From assembly GCF_000143415.4 (NCBI RefSeq), contig NW_003314262.1, positions 6,146,450-6,160,984 on the forward strand: DNA of 14,535 nucleotides, in the 5' to 3' direction. This DNA comes from Selaginella moellendorffii. Its lineage: Eukaryota; Plantae; Lycopodiophyta. Positions 1 through 10,354 of the stretch are shown piece after piece. The notes under the pieces are model-generated. The model was not told where the DNA came from and made no database searches. It saw only the letters and a program-made list of their open reading frames with translations. Each line of letters starts with the position of its first letter. Position 1 is the stretch's first letter. Both the position numbers and the translations under genes were made by a program.

Positions 1-2118
1 TCACACTTATGGATAAAACTTGACTTGTACTGAGAATCAAATCTACATCAGTGAAAATTATCATTACTGATATCACATAACATTAAAGATTTGACAATAT
101 AATGATACTCACACATGCTGATAGTTAGATTGGATATTTTAGATCTACACACCATAGCAAAGTACTATTACTGACATCATCACTAACAATCAGACTTCAT
201 ATGTTGAGAACCCTTCCTTAGATCTATGTGCATGCATGCATTAGACATCATAACATATGAAAATAACATTATAACTTATTGTAGTATTTATATTCATTTT
301 ATATGTTATTGATATTCTTTTTATTTTTTTTTAATTTTAATTTATGTTTCACTATAAATTTGTACAAGTAGCATAAAGAGAGAGATAAAGAACTCCAAAC
401 TATAAAAGATAAGAGGCTTCTTTTAAATTTTCAAGATCATCCACCACTTTCGTTCTCTTAAAGCCTTGTTTCTAAAAGCTTTTTTATGTTAATATTTTGA
501 TCTTTGTCTTTGTTTTATTTCATTACAAACTATAATTCACAAAGATACTGATGCATGGTCAGAGTTCTTTTTTTCAGTGTGTAATAATAGGATTTTCAAA
601 ATTCCAAATTTAAGGAGATTCAAGTTTCTAGATTTCAAGTCAAAGTATCAAAATGTGCTCTGGCCAAAATGAATATGAAACAAGAGTCAATAGTTATCCT
701 CTCCTCTTCCAGTTCAAGTGGAAAAGTCATGCTAATGTTAGTTTAAATTTTGCCACTTCATCTTCATCAATATTCAAAGTTGTTAGCAATATTTTCCAAT
801 TTTCCCACTTTTTAATTGACATATGTTTGCTTTTGTATAAGGAAAAACTCTTAATTGGCATGTGTTTGTTTTTGTATAGGCCTATGATTAAGCTTCCATC
901 TTCTTAATACAACATCTTCTTTGAGCTTCTACCTTTTATTAATAATTATGATTCCAAACAATAGGAAATGGAGATTAAATAGGATGTCTATAATTGATGC
1001 AAGATTAAGACCATATATTTTTAGCATTTCAAAGGTATATTATCTATAGTTCACTATGATAAGTATTTAGATTACATGGATGAAGTATACAATGAAGATT
1101 GCTATAGAAATTCTATATTTTTTAAAGGGTTTATAATCAATCCTTATACCCTTGACACCATTGTTATTGGATTTAAATATCGATTTTGCAAGAATGCTCT
1201 TGTCATGCCATATGCAAAGCTAGGATGTTTTACTTTCTTCCTTTAAGATAGAGTAATTAGAAGAGCCATAGTGCATATTAACATATATATGCATTCAATG
1301 TAGGAAAGGATACAAAGGAGTTTTATTAACTATTTCAAAAATGTTGTGTAATAAAAGACCATGAAAAATTTGTCTACAACTCTAAAGTATGTTTAAAAAA
1401 CTTTACTCAAGATTTTTATCACAAGCACCCTACTCAATATAGCATGCTAAAAAACTCAACTAAATAAGGCTAGTTTATAGAACTTACTACGAAGTGTATA
1501 ATCTACTATTAGCATGAGGAGGTATATATATTGTATTTCATATGTTACAATAATATATTTTTCAAAATAAAATCTTAGATGTGTGAGTCTTAAGAGTGGA
1601 AGTTGCAATCAAAATTAACTCCATCTTTGAATTGAAATAGACTTATCTATATAAATTTATCCATAAAAGTTTATTTCTAGATCAAATAGTCAATGAGCAC
1701 AAGCACTCTTTTGTTTTCAAAATACTTACAATAGGCCTTGCCTTTAGTCTAGATCTTCTTTTGTAAATGAATATGTTTGGGTCTATGTAATGCAAGTGGT
1801 TTTTACTCTTTATTCTATGGTGATTTATCATAGAATAACCATGAAGTGGAACCTAAACCCTCCATATGCCATGAGTTATATGCCACGTATCCAAAGGATA
1901 GTAGAGCGGAGGGCCTTGGGCCACTGAATGAAAGAATAGAGCCTAAGCATGAAGCAAAAGAGTGAAGACATTAGAACATGGAATGATTCTTGAGCGTACA
2001 GCCTAAGGAGTGGAGGGACAAAAGTACAGAGCAATTTGGAATAGTTCTAGAGCATCCAATCAATGCCAGGAGTAGCATATAAAACAGAGCCAAATAAAAT
2101 CTAGTGCTATTTTAGCAT

Positions 2119-2123
2119 ACTAG
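2119..2123. repeat. Target-site duplication ACTAG (partner at 2717-2721)
   Basis: ACTAG directly abuts both ends of the element. Confidence 0.93.
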
Positions 2124-2317
2124 TGTAAGCAACCAAAGGGAACGACTCGAGAGACGGTCCATGGGGTTCAAATATAGAGGGAAAGGGCCCATGAACAAGA
2201 GTGCACCCCCTTTTCCAATCGGTTAAGGGTCTTGGGATAGTTGGAGTTAAGCGTCCTTGGGTTTGAATAGTACTGGGCTGGGTGACCTCCCGGGAAGTCC
2301 AAACTCAGGCGTTTACA
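2124..2317 (+). repeat. 5' LTR (194 bp)
   Basis: Starts tgtaagc, ends gtttaca; no mismatch with 2523-2716 by eye. Confidence 0.95.
2245..2300 (+). promoter_or_regulatory. 5S rRNA-derived internal Pol III promoter (A-box / intermediate element / C-box) in the 5' LTR
   Basis: AGTTAAGCGTCCTTGGGTTTGAATAGTACTGGGCTGGGTGACCTCCCGGGAAGTCC aligns colinearly with about nt 50-105 of plant 5S rRNA as recalled; the 5' half of 5S is absent, so this is not a 5S gene. Confidence 0.9.
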
Positions 2318-2319
2318 TT

Positions 2320-2330
2320 TGGTATCAGAG
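2320..2330 (+). other. Primer-binding site (initiator tRNA-Met)
   Basis: TGGTATCAGAG 2 nt after the 5' LTR end; canonical plant tRNAi-Met PBS. Confidence 0.92.
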
Positions 2331-2505
2331 AGGTCTCGGGTCCGACTCTGTTGGTTGGCTAAGGGAATCACACCACAAGTTGATTGACATCTGGCTGGTC
2401 CAGTTTGCTCCCGCTGGGCTCGACCCGAGGGGTAGGGTGTCAAGAGAGCGGGGCTCTCGGGAGAGCTGCGGCTCTCAGCTTCCGTTCACGAGGGCGTGAA
2501 CTTGC

Positions 2506-2521
2506 AGGGAAGCGTGGTGGA
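2506..2521 (+). other. Polypurine tract (imperfect)
   Basis: AGGGAAGCGTGGTGGA immediately upstream of the 3' LTR. Confidence 0.7.
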
Positions 2522-2522
2522 T

Positions 2523-2716
2523 TGTAAGCAACCAAAGGGAACGACTCGAGAGACGGTCCATGGGGTTCAAATATAGAGGGAAAGGGCCCATGAACAAGAG
2601 TGCACCCCCTTTTCCAATCGGTTAAGGGTCTTGGGATAGTTGGAGTTAAGCGTCCTTGGGTTTGAATAGTACTGGGCTGGGTGACCTCCCGGGAAGTCCA
2701 AACTCAGGCGTTTACA
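2523..2716 (+). repeat. 3' LTR (194 bp)
   Basis: Direct repeat of 2124-2317 at offset 399. Confidence 0.95.
2644..2699 (+). promoter_or_regulatory. 5S rRNA-derived internal Pol III promoter segment in the 3' LTR
   Basis: Same sequence as 2245-2300. Confidence 0.9.
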
Positions 2717-3304
2717 ACTAGTGGCATAATGTAAGGATATGGGTACTTCACTAATTAACATGGTGTGGAACTCACCCTTAGCCACCCTTAGTATCAGGAG
2801 GTAGTCTTTAGGATAAGCTTGAAACTTGTTAAATATGGAATGTCTCTAGATTGTGAATTTGGACATGAGATGAACACTATTGTGTTCAGGATAATTTCTA
2901 CATTCCGTAAATATGCCAAATGAGCAAATCTAGGCACTTTTCATAAATAACATTTAAGATCAGAATGAGACTACCACAAAGGGTATAATATTGAGGGTGT
3001 TTGGCAAACACGGTAAGCTATTATTCAATGATATTAAGGGATTAGTCTCAATACATGACGGTTTTTATCACTAGCTAGTGCAAGACACAATGAAATGGAA
3101 ACTCCTTACTGGGTTAAGTATGTTTAGTTAATAGCATGTAAGAATTCTATCCTTATGATCGTCCAGTTTAAGTACACTCGAAATGCCTAATTAACTCTAT
3201 TAACACAAAAGGGACTAATAAAGGGTCCAGCAATATTGACTTCCTGCTGTTATAGTAGTAAAAAAGGAATATTTGAAAGAATTAGTTGATAGATAACTTT
3301 CGAT

Positions 3305-3333
3305 ACTCGCAATCACATTTGCGATAGTCTAGT
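3305..3333 (+). mobile_element. Putative Helitron 3' terminus (hairpin + CTAG|T)
   Basis: TCGCAA-tcacat-TTGCGA stem-loop (3307-3324), then tagt, CTAG (3329-3332) and T. The spacer is shorter than usual. Confidence 0.4.
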
Positions 3334-3630
3334 GACTTTATAAATATATGGGTATATTTTAACTATAGAAGCAAGGTAAAATAAGCCGGCTCAAATGCTT
3401 AAGTGTGAGATTTTTTTCACAAAGTATATCACTACATGTGCAAAGGAGTATATTGTCAAAGCAGAGTATACAACTACCATTCAAGACTTTCTTTCTTTTA
3501 CACATATCAAGACTTTATTAGTGCAAGGAATATAGGAAGGTATCTACTTCTTGCAAACATATGTATTACTAGCAAGGAATCCAGCTCCACTAGGATAAAT
3601 AGGACATCTGTTACATTGGTGACATGACTC

Positions 3631-5960
3631 TTAGAGAATTTCTTTGTACACAATGTTTTTCGTATAGACATTATGGTTCTGGAGCACACCTTGTCCTTCA
3701 CATTATTCAATAAACATTGTAATTTGTTTCTTTGATGTTCCTCTTGAAAGTGCAGCATAAAGTTGACCGTGGCCAAAAACTAGTCTTGGCAAGTAAATAC
3801 CCACATTCTGTAATGTTTGTCCTTGAGATTTGCAAATTGTTATGGAGAATGCAAGCCTTATTGGGAATTGTCATTGTTTGAGGATAAATGGCATGTCTCT
3901 GTCAGTTGGTTTTAAAGAGATTTTTGGTAGGAGGACTTTTTTTCCTTGCATACCATTATGTAGAATCTTAGCTTCTATAACATTTGGTAGTGCCTTTTTT
4001 ATAGTTAGTTTAGTGCCATTACAGAGGCCTTTTTTAGTGCATAACATCATTACGATACATCTAATTTTTATCTGTAGCTTGTGTGGAGGCATTCCAGATG
4101 GTGTTACTGAGTTTAAGAATTCTACAGGATAGTCCAATATCTCTTCTCCCGAATCTGTTTCTACAATGTCAATGCTTCTGTATGTTATTGTTCTATCAGC
4201 CATTCTCGAAAGAACTTAGTCGTTCATTTGTAGAGAGATCATTTAAAGTCGTGAGAATAGCTTTCTGTGATAGGTTTGGGTCATTTGGTTGTATATGCTT
4301 TCCAAACACATTATCTATCATTTGTTCTCTGGATGTCGATGTTAGAGGTAATTTTATAACTTCCTGGTTGAATCCTTGGAGGCTAGGTAGGTTACCATTT
4401 CCAAGCTTCACAAGCCATCTAGACCATTCCTTTTCTTCAGAGTTCACCCTCATGTCTGTTTGTAATGAGAACTTTACAAGTTTCCACCATATTGATGAAA
4501 ATTTCATGCTGTTTTGGACAATTTGTGTGCAACAGGCTCTTTTTAGAATACGTAATGTATGTCTGAAAACTCCTCCTATTACTAATGTGATGCCACCGAA
4601 TTATGTATCACAGTTTTTTATGTCACATAAGACCCTCTCGACAGCTTTAAATGGGTACCATATTTATTTCATCCCATATGAGCAGGTCGGCTTTTCTTAT
4701 GACCTCGGCAGGTGCTGAATTCTCTCATAGATCCGAGGTGCATGTTTCTATGATTGGTACTGGAAGCTTAAATGTTGAATGAGCCGTTCAACCTCCTATA
4801 AGAAGAGTACTCGCTATTCCTGTCCATGTGACTACTAAGACTTTCATGCCATAAGCAGTGACATACTTTATCAGTGTGTTAAAAAGGTATGATTTCCCTG
4901 TGCCTCCCACACCATCAACAAAGAATAATCTACTTGTTTCTTTTTTGTTTTGTATTGCATTTAAAACATTGTTAAATATGTGAAGCTGTTCCATGTTCAA
5001 TTTGGTTTTTAGTAATTCAACTTTGTCAGGTGTGCATGGCACACAGCTTGTTTCAGTTGTTGTTTCATTATCTCTTATAAACTCTAGATCTGGTAACTCA
5101 TAGTCAGATAGTTTTTTGCTATGTTCCTGGAGTAATATTGACATTTCATGCAATCCATGTTGCATTGCTGCTTCATAGTTGTTGTGATTTCAGACCAAGT
5201 CTTCACACATGCCTTCCTTGAATTTATCCCATAGTTTTTTGGGATCAATGAGCTTGCAAAACAAACACATGACACTAAATAGATACCTTCTTCTAAACAT
5301 TTCTCCCACTCATAATCATCCTGTAGAAGTCCCATTTCTTGTGCGGTAGAACAGTATGTGTCATATGCAACACTGTTTAATACCTTTAAATCACTAAAAC
5401 TTGTAGCACCTTTTTTGTAGAGTAGGAGCAGATGTAGGTAGAAATGTTCAAAATCATGCGGTGATACAGTGTACATTCTACCAACCACCTTGAATGCACG
5501 TTGGTGTGGTGTCCACTTTCTGTTTCTTGAATTCCATGTATACCACTCAGGAATCTCGTGGTACAAGAGTGTCCTTGCGAATTCATCAATCTTGTTTAGT
5601 TCAAACCATTCTGTCAGTTTGGTTTTACGGCCTCTTTGTAATGCAATCTCTTCCTCTCTATCATTGAAATAAATATTTTGAAGGTTTTCTAGGTGGATGT
5701 CCAGTCTCCCAATAAAATGTGATCTCCCATTTAAGTCATATCCATAGATCCTCCATATTCCTTCTGATGTGAAGACATGGCAGGAGTTTCTAAAAGCCTC
5801 TATTTAGTCCCAGTCTTGTACTTGTTCAGGTGTTAGAGTTCTCATCCCTTTGAAGGCGTACCTCTGACAATCATGTCCCTTGTACATGTATTTGAATATA
5901 TACTTGACGCTTTTTACAGTGGAACACACCTCGACATTTATGTGTGCTCTGTATTTACTC
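3631..5960 (-). mobile_element. Degenerate Helitron RepHel ORF (C-terminal part of HUH Rep + Pif1-like SF1B helicase), multiple stops and frameshifts, 5'-truncated
   Basis: Rep Y2 motif HINVEVCSTVKSVKYIFKYMYKGHD; GRMYTVSP..FYLHLLLL..KGATSFSDL; Walker A DGVGGTGKS; TGIASTLL; IWDE; EFLNSVTPSGMPPHKL; GLCNGT; [20 protein letters not shown]; [12 protein letters not shown]; C-terminus TKNIVYKEIL* ending at 3631. Confidence 0.95.
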
Positions 5961-8199
5961 ACTCCTTGAGAGGAATAATGAATCTTAGTTTCACAATTTG
6001 CATAGATTATCCAGTTTAGACTATCAAGAATCAAGAACAAACCTAAAGTATTTTCTCTTGCACAAGAGTGATTTTAGCGTATCATTTATGGATAAGGGAA
6101 ATAGCTATATATGTTCCATTTGAGTGATAAAATAACAAACTCTGGTAAGTGCTTCTCTATCATTTTCTTTTGATTTTTTCTTTATTTTATCTATCTAAAT
6201 TTAGCAGTGTGAGTTATAAAAGACACAATCTAAATCAGCTTGGTAGATGAGTTTCAAGAATTTTACTCTTAGCAAAGATGGTGCATTCTGTGTTGCAAAA
6301 CTTTTATAGAAGAATCTGATACTACCTGTAGAAATTAAAAGAAAAGTTCATTGGCATTCATATAGATGCTAAGCCTTCTGCTGTGACAATGACCAAAGCA
6401 TCTGAATTTGAATGTGAATTCGGTGAAAACCATTACTTCTATTTGCAGAAAAGATATCCTTCCTAATGCTAAGTTAGGTTTTATTTGATCAGTGCATATC
6501 TTTGTCTGATTACGCCATGATCCAATGCAGAGTGTATCATTGCCACAATACCTATAGAAACTGTTGGACCAATAACACTGCATTACTCAAAATTTAATTT
6601 AATTTTGAAATTTACTCTCATCCAACTTAACATCTTTGTGAAGTGTGTGTTTATCATTTTCTTCTTTAATCTCTCTTTTATAGATGGCCTTCATTGTCTT
6701 CAGTCTTATTACTTTATTTCCTTGTCATATTTGGTTATGCTAGATAATCAAATGTTTTCCAAATTCTGAAGATGTAACAATAATAAGTATAAATAAGATA
6801 AGAAAGAGATGAATAGAGTAAAAAATTACTGTTTCTTCAAGCTCCTAAGTTTGAAAAACCCCTACTTGTAACTGTGACTCCATTTTGAAAGGGATAGTTA
6901 GCAACCATTTTAAAAAAAAAAAACACAAACATTGAAAGTAAAACATTTGTCCTTTCCCCATGCTCCTTAATAGCTTTAGTATCATTTATTGTACAAGAGT
7001 TAATGATATAGAAAATAGACCTATTTTATTCCTTATATGGAATCTTGTTTTCTATTCTATGTCTTCTTCCACAACCGTACAACTGACCTCTTCCAGAATA
7101 AGAGTTCTATCTTTGGAAGCACGCAGGAATTGATTTCAGTTCTGATGAAAACTGGGTTCTCTTTGGTTCAAGAGAATATATATCTATAGTTCCTGGATTA
7201 ACCACACTAATTTGTTTCTGATTGTGACATTTGAATAATATATCATATATGTTTCAAAAGTATTACATTCCAAGACTTTATTTGCTGCTAAATCAGTGTT
7301 TTAAGAAATAAGTCTGTTTTCATCATTATTTAGAGCATTTAATGAGTCATCGATGGTATCAACATCCTTCAATGTTCAAATATTATAGATGATGTGTGTT
7401 TTGACTGAGCTTCAGCTTGTTTAGATCTGAATTCTAGTTTTTAAATTAATCTACAACATAAATCTAGTTTTTCTTGTAAAACTTTTTTGTTTATTTGTAA
7501 CTTGAACTTTTGAGAATTTCGTTGTTTTTTTTCATCATCCAGTAGTGATGATGTGTATCTTTCAGATATTTTATCTGAAATTTATAATTGCCTTTTTAGT
7601 GTAGAGATTGATAGTTATATCTTGGAGATCATCAAACTCCACAAATACTTTTATATGGGAATGGAACATTTTCTTTGTATATAGTCTTTCTTTTATTACT
7701 CATGTATTCATGTGTGCAAATGAAGATCAAAAGCTTGAAAATGAACGTTGTCTATTTATAGTATACTATATATCTAAAACTTATCTCATACCAGATTATG
7801 TCTACTACAAAACACTGGTTTAGTTTGTCACTTTAACCTGTGCTAAGCATCACATTCTATGAGATTTTTTATTGCATTGAAAACTGTTTGCTAAACATTC
7901 AATTAAGTTTACTGGAACACTGCTTGATTCTTATTATAAGGAGGCTTATAACATTAACTTTGGCCAATCTTACTAAACAATAGACTATGGCCGGTTATTA
8001 AAAGGGTGATAAAACATGTGTGGTTGTAAAACTCAGTTCTTATGAGATTCTTACAACTTCTGATTTTCTACGATGGTATCATGTGGAGCATGGTCACAAG
8101 TTTGAGTTTCTTTGTATTGTTTTGCCAAGATGAAACTTAACCTTCATTTCTTCTATTAGAATATGATGGGTCACTGCTGAGTAAGAGCTCGCAATGAGC

Positions 8200-8900
8200 T
8201 TACTTTTTACTAATCCTCTTAATTGATTCTTCAACTTTTCTCTTTCAGCTTGAGCTTCCAAACACATTCACTCTACCTAAAGTTCATTTTAAGAAGATGT
8301 AACATAAGGAACAGTTCTACCTCCTCCTTATTCTTCATGAGGGACAAAGTCATTACTCGTTGAGTTTCAAGTTGATTAGTAATTGACTCCAAATCTTGGA
8401 ACAACTCGTTTTCCTTGTTTTTTTCTTCTCTCAACAAGTCTGCTGTAGCCACCTGTTGATTTGATGAAATTAATATATGAGGAGACTAAAACCAACCTTT
8501 AGTTCTTCTAAAAGATTTTGATGTTTTTCTGTCATTACCATGAGCTGAGAAAATTCAGATGACTTTTGAACTGCTTAAAGCCTACCTTTTACTCTCTTTT
8601 CTCCTCTTCAAAAAAGTTGCAGACATCTAATTTAACAGCTAAACCTGTCCTCGAGGTGTTGTTTTGCAGCACTGGTAGTGCTCACAGCATTTGTCAACCC
8701 TGTAGTTTGTTCACACATTCTTACATCTGAATCTCTTGCTGCCTGTGCAATTTCTGAAGCTCAATTTCACAGGCCTGTGCCTACACTTCCACATTGGAGC
8801 CACTTAGCATGCATGAAAATAAGTTGAGTTAAACCTTGTCAAAACTATTCCTAACAGCAGCTTCTATCTTAGCAAAAGCTTCCTCTAACCTATAGAAATC
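8200..8900 (-). pseudogene. Decayed intron-containing gene fragment encoding a coiled-coil-like (E/K/Q/L-rich) protein; boundaries approximate
   Basis: Exon-like pieces MVMTEKHQNLLEELK and VATADLLREEKNKENELFQDLESITNQLETQR join in frame across a 44-nt GT..CAG intron (8453-8496); nearby EIELQKLHRQQEIQM* is interrupted by stops. Confidence 0.4.
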
Positions 8901-10134
8901 AACGAGTGGAATGATAAACAAAAGCAATAAAGAGAATACACCTGCTTCTAAAAGTTTTCATGTTTTGCCTTTGTGCTTTGCAAATCTTCTTCAGCTTGCT
9001 TGAGCTGTATAAATAAGAACAACGTCTGTCATATGTAATGTTAAAAACAACAACCTTCAAGTGATGTTCTTGTTAGGAATTGAAGGAGCAAAATCCTTGA
9101 GAATCAACGCATTAGTTTTGGCAGGGTTGGCAACCACCAATTCCAAATTCCAAATGCTGATATGTTTTCTAATTATATGTTACCTTCAAGTCCTTGGCAG
9201 CACACTTTTCAAGAGCAGAAGCTTGAGACTTATAGATGGAGATAGGCTATGATTGATGAGAGTAGCAAACCTCATGACATAGTGAAATGCTGAATTACAT
9301 AAGCACTTCTGGAAAAATGCTTTGAAAAAACTAGTTTACCCTAAAAATAAAAATGTTCCACTCTCAACTGTTTTTTTTCCCACATGTCTTCATCTCCACC
9401 ATTAAACTCAAAAAGAATCTCAATTGAATATGTCGCCCTTGCTCTTTTAAATATAGAAGGATGATATCTTCATCAACACCATTCACCAAAATCCTAAAAT
9501 AAATATTCATATACACTAAGTAAACCTTACTTATATTGAGTTGTAGAAACTTTTTGGAGCTAATTAAATTTGCTAATATCATTGATTTTTTCTCTATCAA
9601 TAATATAGATTTATAAAATTTAAATAATTAATAAAAATATATTTATATATTTATAAGTGTTCTTTTGTTTCTATTATTTCTATCTCAAAACTCTTTCACG
9701 ATAGTCTTTTAGGGCAAAAGCATATAGATCATCTTACTAATCATCACTATTGTTTATAATAAAAGCCAGAAAATAGATAAAGCATTTTCTAATAGTCTTT
9801 AAATTAAGTTCTGTCATTATATTTATTTCTAACTCATAATCACTATCCTATTTTTTTTTATTTCTTGTAGGTTTGGTTGTGTTATGTAATATTGTACCTC
9901 TTAACCCTACTACCTTAAGAAGAAAGATTCTAAGAGTTGAAACTACCGACACTAAAAACAATATATATTTATATATATTTCCCTCTTTTTGAATAAAAGT
10001 ACAAGTGAAATCCATAAATTTTAGACACTATAATATGGTAAACCCTTCAAGAATGTATTTTAGAGAAGAATTAAGTATCTCTTTTATATGCAACAAACTT
10101 ATATTAATGGTTTTTTCTACTATTAAATGTATAT

Positions 10135-10234
10135 NNNNNNNNNNNNNNNNNNNNNNNNNNNNNNNNNNNNNNNNNNNNNNNNNNNNNNNNNNNNNNNNNN
10201 NNNNNNNNNNNNNNNNNNNNNNNNNNNNNNNNNN
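10135..10234. other. Assembly gap (100 N)
   Basis: Run of exactly 100 N, typical placeholder for a gap of unknown size. Confidence 0.99.
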
Positions 10235-10354
10235 AATTGTAGATAGTTCTTAAAATATAGTATAAAGCTATTTATCATTACATAAAAATATAAAATATAA
10301 AATTTATATTATTTAATTATAAAAAAATATAGATCCATTAATAGGTTATTATTA

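Larger units (their letters stand above)
2124..2716 (+). mobile_element. Cassandra-type TRIM (non-autonomous LTR retrotransposon with 5S rRNA-derived LTRs), full length
   Basis: Two 194-bp direct repeats with TGTAA...TTACA termini; TGGTATCAGAG PBS just after the 5' LTR; purine-rich tract before the 3' LTR; flanking 5-bp TSD ACTAG; 205-bp non-coding interior; 5S A-box to C-box segment in each LTR. Confidence 0.94.

Noticed and set aside
1060-1350. Coding-like stretch (NPYTLDTIVIG) faintly resembling lectin copy 1 YIYDTILVG
   Set aside because: Match too short and interrupted by stops; no further colinearity.
1810-1838. 10-bp-stem hairpin TTATTCTATG...CATAGAATAA
   Set aside because: Isolated and AT-rich, with no TSD or terminus context.
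2245-2300. Functional 5S rRNA gene
   Set aside because: Only about 56 nt of the 3' half is present, embedded in LTRs; the 5' half and terminal stem are absent.
2168-2785. ORFs 2168-2443, 2257-2499 and 2567-2785
   Set aside because: Chance frames in the GC-rich non-coding TRIM; their shared peptide merely reflects the LTR duplication.
1850-3100. Possible decayed LINE/RT remnant flanking the TRIM
   Set aside because: Only vague motif hints (VLYATP, EGLG); no RT core motif visible.
3830-4718. Plus-strand ORFs (100 aa and 211 aa)
   Set aside because: Antisense shadows of the Helitron helicase with no recognisable motifs.
10005-10253. 82-aa ORF
   Set aside because: Artifact of reading through the N gap.
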